Shown here piece after piece: positions 8,623 to 17,901 of a stretch of DNA of 64,000 bases. Under the pieces are notes generated by a model that was given only the letters and a program-made list of their open reading frames with translations, ran no database searches and was not told the origin of the DNA. The stretch comes from Oscillospiraceae bacterium (GTDB lineage Bacteria; Bacillota; Clostridia; Oscillospirales; JAAYXM01): NCBI GenBank assembly GCA_017439555.1, contig JAFSIZ010000050.1:439-64438 (forward strand). The letters run 5' to 3'. The position numbers and the translations under genes were made by a program. Positions within the stretch are counted from its first letter, which is position 1. Every line of letters begins with the position of its first letter.

Positions 8623-9791
8623 TTTTTGAAACTTCCTTTGATTTTATTTACCGCGACACACATCGCAACGGTTATAATCATATCGGGCAAGGTGCTGCCG
8701 ATTACGATGTCAATATGCATAAGTGCGCGGTATATGATAAAGCCGATAAGCCATATAACGAGGTTTGAAATATTGAATTTTCCGCTTTCGCCATTCTTTT
8801 TCAGAATAAAGAAGTCTGCAATCTGAACAGCGATCATCGGCGCGAATACTGAGCCGATAAAATAGAGAAAGCCGGTTATATCATAGAGAGGAAGAAAGAT
8901 TGCGGCGCATATACCGATTGCTGTTGTTCCGACAGCGAACCATTTGCCGCTGATTTTCGAAAACAGTGATTCGCTCGATACACCGGCAGAATATGCGTCA
9001 AGAAAAGTGGTTGTGACTGTGGAAAATACAATAATGAGAAGCCCTGCCGTTCCGAGGCCTGCCTTGAGCATAATGGCGGCGATGTCGCTCTCACCTGTGA
9101 ATATTGCCGCGCTCATTCCGATGATATACATCCAGCAGCTTACAGCTCCGTAGGTAATTGCGCTTGCGGCCGTTGCACGGACAGGGGACTGTGCATCTCT
9201 TGTGTAGTCGGAAATGAGAGGAAGCCAGGAGAGCGGCATTGCAACCGAGAGCTCAACAGCGGCATCAAAGCTGATTGCTTCTCCTGTGAGATTGCCTGCA
9301 CTGTTGCTTGTGAAGATAACAAAGCTTAAGACCAATGTGAGGACAAAAAGCGCTGACATGGAAAGTGTGTTAAGTCCTCTGAGATTTTTTATACCGACCA
9401 GAATCCAGAGGATAATAAGCGCACCGATAATTATGCACCAAAGCCGGTTGCCGATATTGAGAACTGAGTTTGCCGCAACTGCTCCGTCATATATCATAAT
9501 GGACGTCCAGCCGACGAGCTGAAGAATGTTCAGAATTGAGAACAGAAAACCGCCTTGTGTGCCGAAGCTCAGCTTCACGGTTTCCATAGAGCTTTTGCGC
9601 GTTCTGCCGCCTATAAGACCTGCGGCAAAAAGAAGCGCCACACCGATTATATGTCCTATTATAATCGCAAAAAGCCCTTTTGTAAAGCCGAGTGGGGCGA
9701 AATATGTACCGGTGAGAATCTCGGCGATTGAGACCGCCGCACCAAACCAGATAAGCCCGTTTTCAAAAACGGAAGTGCCTTTTTCAGTCAT
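8619..9791 (-). CDS. cytX: Hydroxymethylpyrimidine transporter CytX (NCS1 family)
   Basis: IWFGAAVSIAEILTG, LQLVGWT, AMPLSWLPLISDYTR; thi operon context. Confidence 0.9.
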   Translation of the reverse strand: MTEKGTSVFENGLIWFGAAVSIAEILTGTYFAPLGFTKGLFAIIIGHIIGVALLFAAGLIGGRTRKSSMETVKLSFGTQGGFLFSILNILQLVGWTSIMIYDGAVAANSVLNIGNRLWCIIIGALIILWILVGIKNLRGLNTLSMSALFVLTLVLSFVIFTSNSAGNLTGEAISFDAAVELSVAMPLSWLPLISDYTRDAQSPVRATAASAITYGAVSCWMYIIGMSAAIFTGESDIAAIMLKAGLGTAGLLIIVFSTVTTTFLDAYSAGVSSESLFSKISGKWFAVGTTAIGICAAIFLPLYDITGFLYFIGSVFAPMIAVQIADFFILKKNGESGKFNISNLVIWLIGFIIYRALMHIDIVIGSTLPDMIITVAMCVAVNKIKGSFKK

Positions 9792-10598
9792 TTATTCCGC
9801 CTCCTTTGCATATTCGCCCTGAAGAGAAAAAGCGTGATTTAAGGGCCCTGGGCCGTGCCCGAGATCAAGCATGGCGGAAAGACAGCCGGATATGTAATCC
9901 TTTGCGCGTTGTATGGATGAAGGAATGTCAAATCCCTTTGCGAGGTTTGCAGCTATTGCTGAGGAGAGCGTGCAGCCTGTGCCGTGGGTGTTAGGATTGT
10001 CTATGCGTTGGGACCTGAACCAGAGTGCAGAGCCGCCTGAAAATAAAAGATCGTTTGCGTCGTTTATGCTGTGGCCTCCTTTTAATAGGATGGCAGCTCC
10101 GCATAAGGCGTTTATTTTTTTTGCCGCAACGAGCATATCACTTTCGTTTCTGATGCTCATATCGGAAAGTATTTCGGCTTCGGGAATGTTTGGAGTGATA
10201 AGCGTTGCGAGGGGCAGGAGCTTTTGCGTGAGCGCGGCTGTTGAGTTTTCCTGCAGCAGCCTTGAGCCGCTTGTCGATACCATAACCGGGTCAAGAACAA
10301 TGTTTTTGGCATTGTAGCGGTGCAGACACCCGGCGATAACCCCGATAAGCTCTGTGGAGGATACCATACCGATTTTGACGGCATCGGGGAATATATCCCC
10401 GAAGACTGCGTCGAGCTGTTTTTCAAGGAAATCGGGAGTAACCTCGCAGATTTCCGTAACGCCGGTTGTGTTCTGTGCTGTGAGTGCGCATATTGCGCTC
10501 ATAGCATAAACACCGTTCATCGTCATCGTCTTGATGTCCGCTTGAATGCCGGCGCCTCCGCAGGAATCACTTCCTGCAATTGTTAATGCTGTTTTCAT
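9792..10598 (-). CDS. thiD: HMP/HMP-P kinase
   Basis: LTIAGSDSCGGAGIQAD, TPNIPEAE, NTHGTGCTLSSA; ATG 10598 behind AAAGGAG. Confidence 0.95.
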   Translation of the reverse strand: MKTALTIAGSDSCGGAGIQADIKTMTMNGVYAMSAICALTAQNTTGVTEICEVTPDFLEKQLDAVFGDIFPDAVKIGMVSSTELIGVIAGCLHRYNAKNIVLDPVMVSTSGSRLLQENSTAALTQKLLPLATLITPNIPEAEILSDMSIRNESDMLVAAKKINALCGAAILLKGGHSINDANDLLFSGGSALWFRSQRIDNPNTHGTGCTLSSAIAANLAKGFDIPSSIQRAKDYISGCLSAMLDLGHGPGPLNHAFSLQGEYAKEAE

Positions 10599-10693
10599 AA
10601 TTTTTTCTCCTTTCGTTTTCAGCACTAATTTTGTATAGCGGCAGAGAGTGGTGCCCCCGGTCTGTCGCTTTTATGTGTAAACGCATTTTGCGA

Positions 10694-11323
10694 TTACAGT
10701 TTCTCTGCTGTTGCCTTGAGCTCCTGTGCGGCAAGAGCGGGATCGTCTGCTTTCATTATCGCAGATACGGCGCAGATGCCCGATATTCCGATGCCGCGTA
10801 AAATATTGATGTTATCCTTGTTGAGTCCGCCGATTGCATTGACGGGAATCGGCACAGCGCGGCAGATTGCATCCAGTGTATCTGTGGAGGTGAGAACGGT
10901 TCTGACTTTTGTTGTCGTCGGGTAAATTGCGCCGACACCGAGATAATCCGCACCTTGCTGATATGCCTCAAGTGCTTGCGGCACTGTCTTTGCCGTTGCT
11001 CCGATTATAATATCGTCGCCAAGAATTCTTCGGGCAAGGTCTATGGGCATATCGCTCTGACCGAGATGCACGCCTTCTGCTCCTGCAGCCAGCGCGACAT
11101 CGATTCTGTCATCAATGATGAGCGGAACGTTATATTTCCTTGTCAGCGTGTGGACTTTTTCTGCAAGCGCGAGATATTCTCTCGTGCTCTTGTCCTTTTC
11201 GCGGAGCTGAAGAAGCGTCACGCCGCCGATGAGCGCGGCCTCAACTCTTCTTAAAAATTCTTCTTCTGAAAATCCTGTGCTGTCTGTTATAAAATATAGG
11301 CTTGTATCAAAGGTTTTCAACAT
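10694..11323 (-). CDS. thiE: Thiamine-phosphate synthase
   Basis: LYFITD, LQLREK, IIDDRID, GVHLGQSD, GADYLGVGAIYPTTTK. Confidence 0.95.
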   Translation of the reverse strand: MLKTFDTSLYFITDSTGFSEEEFLRRVEAALIGGVTLLQLREKDKSTREYLALAEKVHTLTRKYNVPLIIDDRIDVALAAGAEGVHLGQSDMPIDLARRILGDDIIIGATAKTVPQALEAYQQGADYLGVGAIYPTTTKVRTVLTSTDTLDAICRAVPIPVNAIGGLNKDNINILRGIGISGICAVSAIMKADDPALAAQELKATAEKL

Positions 11324-12101
11324 CAATCTCCTCCATTTTCATATATTTTTCAAGCTCGGCAGGCGTAAGCGTTGAGAGCTTGTCCATAAGCTTTGCGGAA
11401 AACGTACCGCAGCCAAGCTCCGATTCGGAAAGCTCTCCGCAAATTCCGAGAAAAGCGCAGGCGTGAGCCGCGGCGGTGATGCTTTGCGATTCTGTGAGAA
11501 AACACGCGACAGCCGCGCCGAGCATACACCCCGAGCCTGTGATTTTACCGAGCTGCATACAGCCGTTGCTGATATGTATCATTCTCTTTCCGTCGGTTAC
11601 GATATCGGTTTTTCCGCTTGCGAGGATGATGCAGTTGTGTTTGCGGCTAAGCTTTATTGCACAGGTGCTTATTTCCGGGACGGTGAGAGAAGAGTCTGCA
11701 TCCACGCCGACCCCGAGATATTCAGCATCATACAGCGCTTTTATTTCGGAATAATTGCCCTTCAGGACTGTCGGCGTGTGTGTTTTTAAAAAATCATATA
11801 CAAAGCCTCGGCGAAGGGAGGAGCAGGCAACTCCGACTGCATCGAGGACAATGGGAATGCTGCTGTGCGCGGCCTCATCCGCTGCAAGCGGAATGGACTC
11901 CATTCTCGCATCTGTGATATTGCCGAGGTTGAGGAGAAGGGAGGCAGAGGTGCGCGTTATTTCACGCACCTCCGCCGGATGCTCCGCCATTATAGGGCGG
12001 CATCCGATTGCAAGAATAAGATTTGCACACTGGTTTATCGATATCGGGTTTGTTATGCAATGGATAAGAGGTTTTCTTTGTCTGATAATTTCATGAATCA
12101 T
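11307..12101 (-). CDS. thiM: Hydroxyethylthiazole kinase
   Basis: PLIHCITNPIS, PIMAEH, LDAVGV, KGNYSEI, ITGSGCMLG. Confidence 0.93.
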   Translation of the reverse strand: MIHEIIRQRKPLIHCITNPISINQCANLILAIGCRPIMAEHPAEVREITRTSASLLLNLGNITDARMESIPLAADEAAHSSIPIVLDAVGVACSSLRRGFVYDFLKTHTPTVLKGNYSEIKALYDAEYLGVGVDADSSLTVPEISTCAIKLSRKHNCIILASGKTDIVTDGKRMIHISNGCMQLGKITGSGCMLGAAVACFLTESQSITAAAHACAFLGICGELSESELGCGTFSAKLMDKLSTLTPAELEKYMKMEEIDVENL

Positions 12102-12615
12102 AGCTTTTTGTTCCTAACTTTTCCTGAAATTCTGAAAGTTTTCCGTTTCGTGTGAGGGCTTTGAGCAGAAGGTAAGCGATGCTTCCTCCGATGAGCGTGC
12201 CGCCAATGAAGGACGGGACATAAAACAGCCAGGTGAGCCCCTCCTTGCCCCAGAAATATGTCATAACGGGATATGAGAGGATTGCGCCGATGATTCCTGT
12301 GCCGATAATCTCGCCAATAACAGCGAAAATGAGCTTGCCGCGAGAGAGTCTGTATAGCACACCGGAGAGAAAGGCTCCGAATATGGCACCTGTCAGCGCG
12401 ATTGGCGGAATGCCCATCAGCACCATTCTTATTATGCCTATAAGAAGTGCGCACAGAAGCGAATACCACGGCCCGAGAAGTACGGCACACACGATGTTTA
12501 TGAGGTGGGCCATCGGGCACATTCCCTCAACACGCAATATCGGCGATATGACAACGCCGAGCGCCACAAGCACCGAAAGCACAATCATCTTCAAAAATTT
12601 CCTTGAGTTGTTCAT
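12091..12615 (-). CDS. thiW: ECF transporter S component ThiW (thiazole)
   Basis: PMAHLINIVCAVLLGPWY, GEIIGTGIIGA; hydrophobic; first gene of the thi operon. Confidence 0.9.
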   Translation of the reverse strand: MNNSRKFLKMIVLSVLVALGVVISPILRVEGMCPMAHLINIVCAVLLGPWYSLLCALLIGIIRMVLMGIPPIALTGAIFGAFLSGVLYRLSRGKLIFAVIGEIIGTGIIGAILSYPVMTYFWGKEGLTWLFYVPSFIGGTLIGGSIAYLLLKALTRNGKLSEFQEKLGTKSYDS

Positions 12616-12626
12616 TTGTTTTTCCT

Positions 12627-12754
12627 CGTTTCATAATTTAAATACGAAGTCAATGAAACGGCTTCGCTCGGTCGGAACTCAAAAGCTCCCTCTCACCCCG
12701 AAACACGGGTTCCCTCGCAACAGTATACGGACGTCAAGCGCTCCCTTGCCGCCC
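12627..12754 (-). ncRNA. Second structured leader RNA: truncated TPP-like aptamer (P2/P3/UGAGA/P3a only) with flanking hairpins
   Basis: Sense strand UUGC-GA-GG-GAA-CCCG(uguuu)CGGG-G-UGAGA-G-GGAGC(uuuuga)GUUCC-GA-CC-GA-GCGA; 5' hairpin GGGCGGCAAG/CUUGACGUCC; 3' hairpin CGUUUCAU/AUGAAACG next to the thiW RBS. Confidence 0.55.
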
Positions 12755-12782
12755 GGTAAATACGCCTCCTTTCGTGTGAAAT

Positions 12783-12816
12783 AAAAAACGGACAGTCCCG
12801 ATAAGGACTATCCGTT
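12783..12816 (-). terminator. Riboswitch-controlled intrinsic terminator
   Basis: Sense AACGGATAGTCC-TTATCG-GGACTGTCCGTT-TTTT just downstream of the TPP aptamer. Confidence 0.85.
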
Positions 12817-12833
12817 ATAAACTGAGCTCAATA

Positions 12834-12920
12834 TGACTTCCTACGTTGGCATTATCCAAATCAGGTTTAAGGGTCGAAGCTCAATTACTTCCTCTCAGCC
12901 TGAAAACAAGCTCCCCTGTA
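12834..12920 (-). ncRNA. TPP riboswitch aptamer
   Basis: Sense GGGGAGCUUG..CAGGCUGAGAGGAAG..CUUCGACCCUUAAACCUGAUUUGGAUAAUGCCAACGUAGGAAG matches the THI-box consensus; upstream of the thi operon. Confidence 0.95.
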
Positions 12921-12936
12921 TTTAATTGTCGAGGAT

Positions 12937-12965
12937 ATTATAATACCGTTTTTGTGAAAATGCAA
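12937..12965 (-). promoter_or_regulatory. SigA-type promoter of the thi operon
   Basis: TTGCAT-17 bp-TATAAT on the minus strand just upstream of the aptamer. Confidence 0.7.
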
Positions 12966-13041
12966 GAGGAATTTTGAATATTTTCAAAGGTCGGGCAATA
13001 TACTTTATTGAAATTCGAAAAACGAAAAGGAGAGAGATGGA

Positions 13042-14580
13042 ATGGAGCTGGGACTTGAAAAGCGGAGAACCGGGAGATATACAGAGCAGTTTTCGGGCGG
13101 CGCGGTTTATGAAGAAAATACAGAGATGATAGTGCCGGATAATAGCCCCGATGTCCTGAGAATAATCAAAGGATGCGCAAATGTGTTTTTAAAGGACAAG
13201 AGCTCCCGCGATGGCAAAACGGACATAAGCGGTATGGTGAAAGGCGCGGTGCTCTATGTCGCGGAAGGGGAGCGTGGATTGCGCAAGCTCGATATATCAA
13301 TGCCGTTTGCATATGTGCTTGACACCCCGGGCGTCACGCCTGATTCAAAGCTCGTGGTTGTCGCGAAGCTGCGCTCGATTGACGTGCGCGAAATAAATCC
13401 GCGCAAGATATCCGTAAGAGCAGGCATCGACGTAGCAGTGCGCGCATATGGCGAGGTGGAGCTTGAGCTGTGCGCGGATGTGAACGATGCGGATAAATAC
13501 GGTGTGTGCGTGAGAAAGACTGTTGTTTCGACATATAGCCCGATAAATCTCAGGGAAAAGAGCTTCATCGTCAGTGATGATATAGAGCTTTCGTCGAAGG
13601 AATGTGATATGGCGCAGATTCTTGTGTGTGATGCGGCTCTTGTGCCCGGTGATACGAAGATAATCGGCAATAAAGCGATAGTCAAGGGCAATGCCGGGAT
13701 TACCTACATATACGCGCTTGAGGACGGTGAGATCGCGTGCGGAGAATATGAGCTTCCGTTTTCACAGATAATTGATATTGACGGAATGGACGAATCAAAC
13801 GACCTGCGCATCGCGCTCAATGTAACGGGAATAGAGCTTGATCCGCAATACGATGCTTCTGGCAAGGCACGCTATATGACGGCGAGCATAGCTGCGACAG
13901 CTGTCGCCGAGGTGTTTGAGCTGACGGATATCGAATCTGTCAACGATGTCTACAGCACAAAATATGAGCTTTCCGTCGCCAGCCGCGATGTAAGCTGCAA
14001 GAGGCTTTGCGACAGAAAGGAAAAGCGCGTCGCGGTAAATGAAACAGTTGAGACGGGAATGGGAATCAAACAGGTGCTTGATGCGTCCGTAAATCTGATG
14101 CCGTGCACGCGCCGCCGCGAAGAAGGTGGCGAGGTGCTCGGATGCGATGCCGCAATTTCTGTAACGTATATAGGTGAGGACGATGGTGTATACAGCGCAA
14201 CGCGCCGCACTGCGGCAATATGTCCGCTTCCGTTGAATTCAAACCTTTGCTATGACGTCAGAAGTGAGGTGCGCGGCAAGAGCTTTTCCGTCGGCGCAGG
14301 CAACGAAATAAATGTACGCTTCTTCACGGATTTTGACATCACCGAAACCGAAGAAATCGCAGTGCCGGCCATTTTGTCGATAGAAGCAGATCCCGAGCGC
14401 GAACGCCGTGACCGCGACACGCCGAGCGTGATCGTCAAGCGGCTTGATTCCGATTGCGATATATGGAGTCTTGCAAAGGAGTATGCGACAACTGTTGAGG
14501 AGATAAAGCTTGCAAATGATATAACAGAGGACATAACACTCTCCTGCGGAAGAATGGTGCTCATTCCGCGGAAGAGATAA
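13042..14580 (+). CDS. sipL: Spore coat morphogenetic protein SipL-like (SPOCS/DUF3794 domains + C-terminal LysM)
   Basis: EMIVPDNSPDV, REINPRKI, KIIGNKAIVKG, LPFSQIIDI, DVYST; C-terminal IWSLAKEYATTVEEIKLAN LysM. Confidence 0.8.
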   Translation: MELGLEKRRTGRYTEQFSGGAVYEENTEMIVPDNSPDVLRIIKGCANVFLKDKSSRDGKTDISGMVKGAVLYVAEGERGLRKLDISMPFAYVLDTPGVTPDSKLVVVAKLRSIDVREINPRKISVRAGIDVAVRAYGEVELELCADVNDADKYGVCVRKTVVSTYSPINLREKSFIVSDDIELSSKECDMAQILVCDAALVPGDTKIIGNKAIVKGNAGITYIYALEDGEIACGEYELPFSQIIDIDGMDESNDLRIALNVTGIELDPQYDASGKARYMTASIAATAVAEVFELTDIESVNDVYSTKYELSVASRDVSCKRLCDRKEKRVAVNETVETGMGIKQVLDASVNLMPCTRRREEGGEVLGCDAAISVTYIGEDDGVYSATRRTAAICPLPLNSNLCYDVRSEVRGKSFSVGAGNEINVRFFTDFDITETEEIAVPAILSIEADPERERRDRDTPSVIVKRLDSDCDIWSLAKEYATTVEEIKLANDITEDITLSCGRMVLIPRKR

Positions 14581-14607
14581 CCGGAGACGGGGGCTTTGCT
14601 CCCGTCT

Positions 14608-14665
14608 CAGCGTGTCGAAGAACCTGAGTATGCGTTAAGCAAACATCGGGTTCTTCGACAGTCTG
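14608..14665. mobile_element. 58-bp miniature inverted-repeat element with the same ends as the MITE at 48331
   Basis: CAGCGTGTCGAAGAA...TTCTTCGACAGTCTG, wedged between hairpins at 14584-14608 and 14668-14692. Confidence 0.6.
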
Positions 14666-14740
14666 AAAGCGAAGGGAAATTTCCCTTCGCTTCGTTTTCA
14701 TATATACTGTCCTTTTTATTCTGTTGTCAAAATACCCACG

Positions 14741-14757
14741 GCAGTGCCGTGGGTATT
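14741..14757 (-). terminator. Stem-loop after the solute-binding protein gene (3' arm region; full hairpin 14731-14757)
   Basis: AATACCCACGGC-AGT-GCCGTGGGTATT. Confidence 0.55.
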
Positions 14758-14771
14758 GCTATTTCAGAATT

Positions 14772-16352
14772 TTACCAAATAACGTCGCTCTTCATAAGAG
14801 AATCATAACGCTCTGTGTAGATTTCGAGGAGACGGTCAACGCCCATATCCTTGACTGTTTCAACAAATGAATCCCAGTTTTCCATCGGCTCCTGACCGAG
14901 GATGAACTTGCTCATCATTTCTTCAGCATAACGGTTGATTGCAGAATAGAGGTCGCCGCGCTCTGTTGCAACATCCTCGGGGAAGTCGAGAACGTTGAAC
15001 GGATTTATACGCTCAGACTGGAACGGACGGCAGAACTCGCCGTTGATGCCCTGCTCTTCTGAATAGAGAGCCTCGTTTGCTTCTGTTTCAACAACCTGAT
15101 AGAGACCGGGTGTACCCATACCGAGGTCGCCATAGGGGCTTCCGAATTCGTCAACAAGCCATTTCTTTTCGCCGTCAACGACTTCATAGGTAACGCCTTC
15201 CTTGCCCCAGCTCTGGAACTCGATGCCTTCGGGTGAATACATCCAGTCGAGAAGCTTGAGCGAGTTGTTTATGCCGACTTCGTCGCCCGTGTTGCAGACC
15301 ATATAACCTGCAAGCTCATAGGACTGGTTGCCAATCTGGTTGAGCCCCTTGCCATTTGTTGCCTTCGGCGGCATCATGGATGCCCATGTATAATCGGGGT
15401 TGTTCTTGCGTGCAGGAACGTTGAAGTGGTCGATGCGGAGGAGGTATTCAAGCATCATAAAGCCGCGGTCGGTATTTACGAGCTCTTCCCAGCTGAGTGC
15501 GGGGATTGTGAGGAAGTTCGGGGGAACGAGCTGTTCCGCAACCATCTTGCGGAAGAATTCGACCATTTCCTTTGCTTCCGGCTCAACGATACCGTAGTGC
15601 CATGTGTTGTCGTTATAGTCATAATACGGGTTGAGTGCGAAGTGCTCCTTCCACATCGGGCCCATAAGGTTCATATTTGAGAAGCCTGAGCGCATGCAGA
15701 GCGGATAGGAATCGGGATAGAGCTCCTTGAGCTTCTTTGCGACCTCATAGAGCTCGTCTGTTGTTTCGGGAGTCTTGAGACCGTGTTTTTCGAATATGTC
15801 CTTGCGGTACATCCAGGTTCTTGTGTTACCGACAGTCTGGATACCATAGTTCGGCGGAGCATAGATGTTGCCGTCGCCGCTTATGCGGAGAATCATATTG
15901 TCAGCGCGCTCGCCTGCAGGGAGGCCTTCCCAGAATGCCTTATAGTTCGGCATCTTGTCGATGTTTTCCGAGATGGAAACGAGTGCGCCGTCAGGGCCAT
16001 AGGTGCTGCCTGCGTCCTTTGCCGAGATGAGGAACATCATATCCGGGAGATCGTCCGGGGATGTCATCATAAGCGGAAGCTTTGTTGCCATATCTGTCGA
16101 AGGAACAGCAAGAACATCGAAGGTTGCGCCTGTTGCTTCTGAGAAGAGCTTCCACATCGGCAAGTTTTCGTCATACGGCCAGCTTGCGTGTGAGTCAACA
16201 ACAAGTCTCAGCTCTGTGCCTGCAGGGAAGAGCTTGCCGTCGCCTGCGACAGTGTCGTCTTCGGGTTCGTTGCCTGTGGTGGGGGCTGTGCAGGCTGCGA
16301 GCGCGAAAATCATAACTGCTGCAAGAAGAAGTGCGGTGAGTTTCTTTTTCAT
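14772..16352 (-). CDS. Carbohydrate ABC transporter solute-binding lipoprotein (LplA-like, family 1)
   Basis: Lipobox FALAAC; YRKDIFEKHGLKTPETTDELYEVAKKLKE, LDWMYSPEG, WGKEGVTY, KFILGQEPMENWDSFV. Confidence 0.88.
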   Translation of the reverse strand: MKKKLTALLLAAVMIFALAACTAPTTGNEPEDDTVAGDGKLFPAGTELRLVVDSHASWPYDENLPMWKLFSEATGATFDVLAVPSTDMATKLPLMMTSPDDLPDMMFLISAKDAGSTYGPDGALVSISENIDKMPNYKAFWEGLPAGERADNMILRISGDGNIYAPPNYGIQTVGNTRTWMYRKDIFEKHGLKTPETTDELYEVAKKLKELYPDSYPLCMRSGFSNMNLMGPMWKEHFALNPYYDYNDNTWHYGIVEPEAKEMVEFFRKMVAEQLVPPNFLTIPALSWEELVNTDRGFMMLEYLLRIDHFNVPARKNNPDYTWASMMPPKATNGKGLNQIGNQSYELAGYMVCNTGDEVGINNSLKLLDWMYSPEGIEFQSWGKEGVTYEVVDGEKKWLVDEFGSPYGDLGMGTPGLYQVVETEANEALYSEEQGINGEFCRPFQSERINPFNVLDFPEDVATERGDLYSAINRYAEEMMSKFILGQEPMENWDSFVETVKDMGVDRLLEIYTERYDSLMKSDVIW

Positions 16353-16378
16353 TGTAATCTTCCTTTCTCTGTTTTCCT

Positions 16379-17743
16379 TTATCTATTTTCGATGCGCGTT
16401 ATCGCATCGTAATAGCCTTTTTTATAAAGCTCGTCGACTCCGGGCTTATATTCGCCCTTGAGGCGGTATTCATCGATAGAGCGTCCGCCTGCCTCATATC
16501 CGCCCTCGCTTATCATCTTGTCGCTCGGAACATATGCGATTGCATCGTTATAGCCAAAGCAGAGAAGCTGTTTTTCGGGGAAGGCCTCGCGGAGAACGGA
16601 GGCGATGTTGATTCCGGGCTCACCGCCCATTGAGAATATGTAGAAATCGGGGTTGATGCGAACAACTCCGCAGTTGAGCGGCAGTGCATCGGGAAGCGCA
16701 TCATAATTATCAAGCACATAATCTGCGCGCGCCCAATGGAACTGTCTGATGTTTTTACCGGTATTGTTGAGATCGCCCGGGATCGCCGCAAAATGAGCAT
16801 CGGCAGATTCTGCATAGTTGAGCTTTGCGTCGAGATAATACTGAGGGGGATTCGGCTCGAGCGGAAGCTCGATTTTGAATACCTCTGAGCCGAGCTTTAC
16901 GGGAAGTGTCTGCCAATCGCCGGAGATAAGGTGGTTTTTGATGCGCTGGACCATAGAGAGCGCGACCTCATCACAGTCATCATAGCTGATGCCGGAGAAG
17001 CGCAGCGCAGCTGTTGCGCCTATTCTGAGCTTTGCATCAGAGCCAAAGCCCTGGAAGAAGAGCGCCGTTGTGCCATAGAATTCGCTCTCGACGCGCTGGC
17101 AGAGCCTGCCCGGATATTCCGAGGAGAGAACACTATAGGCACCGAGGTTTGAAGGATGGCAGGCAAAGTTCATTGCGAGTGCGCGCATTTTGCCCTGTTC
17201 ATCCTCAAGCTTTAAGAGATAGAGATTCTTGTCGCATTCGCCGTCAGGGCTCGGCTTGAAATCGATAATGCCGTTGAGCGGAAGCCTGCGGCTGATATTC
17301 CACTCACCCTTGATGCTCGCATATTTGAGCGTGCCGCTCCTCATGCTGACAAGAGCGCGATCGATGGACGCTTTTGCGCGATCAATGAGGAATTCCTCAT
17401 ATTCATCAGTATACCAGGTGAAATCATAGCCCTTGACAGCAGGCCCGAAATGTGTGTGTGTATAGCTGACATGGAGATTGCTTTCGGAAATGCCGTATTT
17501 TTCGTTTATATATTTCCGAAGCGCGTTCGGCAGGCTGTCATCGTGGAATAAAAGATCAAAGCCCATAAGGATGACTGTTTCACCGTCAGCATCGCGTAGC
17601 GCAAGTGTTCTGACATAAAGGTCATCGTGGATGTCTGTGAACGGAACACCGAACATTGAGGCAAAGCCTATCATCGTCGCCGGGATGCATGGAGTGATAA
17701 TATCCTTTGCCGCGCCGAAGGTGAGCTTGTTGTATGTGCTCAT
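16379..17743 (-). CDS. Neutral/alkaline ceramidase-like Zn amidohydrolase (paralog 1, divergent)
   Basis: DIITP, HDDLYVR, THTHFGP, NFACHPS, SSEYPG, GGYEA motifs. Confidence 0.8.
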   Translation of the reverse strand: MSTYNKLTFGAAKDIITPCIPATMIGFASMFGVPFTDIHDDLYVRTLALRDADGETVILMGFDLLFHDDSLPNALRKYINEKYGISESNLHVSYTHTHFGPAVKGYDFTWYTDEYEEFLIDRAKASIDRALVSMRSGTLKYASIKGEWNISRRLPLNGIIDFKPSPDGECDKNLYLLKLEDEQGKMRALAMNFACHPSNLGAYSVLSSEYPGRLCQRVESEFYGTTALFFQGFGSDAKLRIGATAALRFSGISYDDCDEVALSMVQRIKNHLISGDWQTLPVKLGSEVFKIELPLEPNPPQYYLDAKLNYAESADAHFAAIPGDLNNTGKNIRQFHWARADYVLDNYDALPDALPLNCGVVRINPDFYIFSMGGEPGINIASVLREAFPEKQLLCFGYNDAIAYVPSDKMISEGGYEAGGRSIDEYRLKGEYKPGVDELYKKGYYDAITRIENR

Positions 17744-17901
17744 ATGAAAACTCCTTTCGTGGTTACATTTAAATTATATAACAAATATTTCGTTTAGTAT
17801 AGTGCAAATTCTGCCAAATTTCAATAGTTGCAGTTTTTATTGGACAAATGCCCGGGGATACGCTATAATATAAATAAATCAGATTCAGGGGAGGTGACGC
17901 A

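Noticed and set aside
10637-10672. Hairpin between thiE and thiD as a further riboswitch
   Set aside because: A single stem with a mismatch on the sense strand and no aptamer motif; at most an mRNA-stability element or antisense terminator
12762-12775. Strong RBS-like GAAAGGAGG (minus strand) suggesting a leader peptide before thiW
   Set aside because: No start codon at a usable distance; treated as part of the leader RNA or a relic of a lost first gene
14611-14660. TGTCGAA heptamers (also at 48336-48342 and 48562-48580) as Spo0A boxes
   Set aside because: They lie downstream of genes and are part of the MITE inverted repeats
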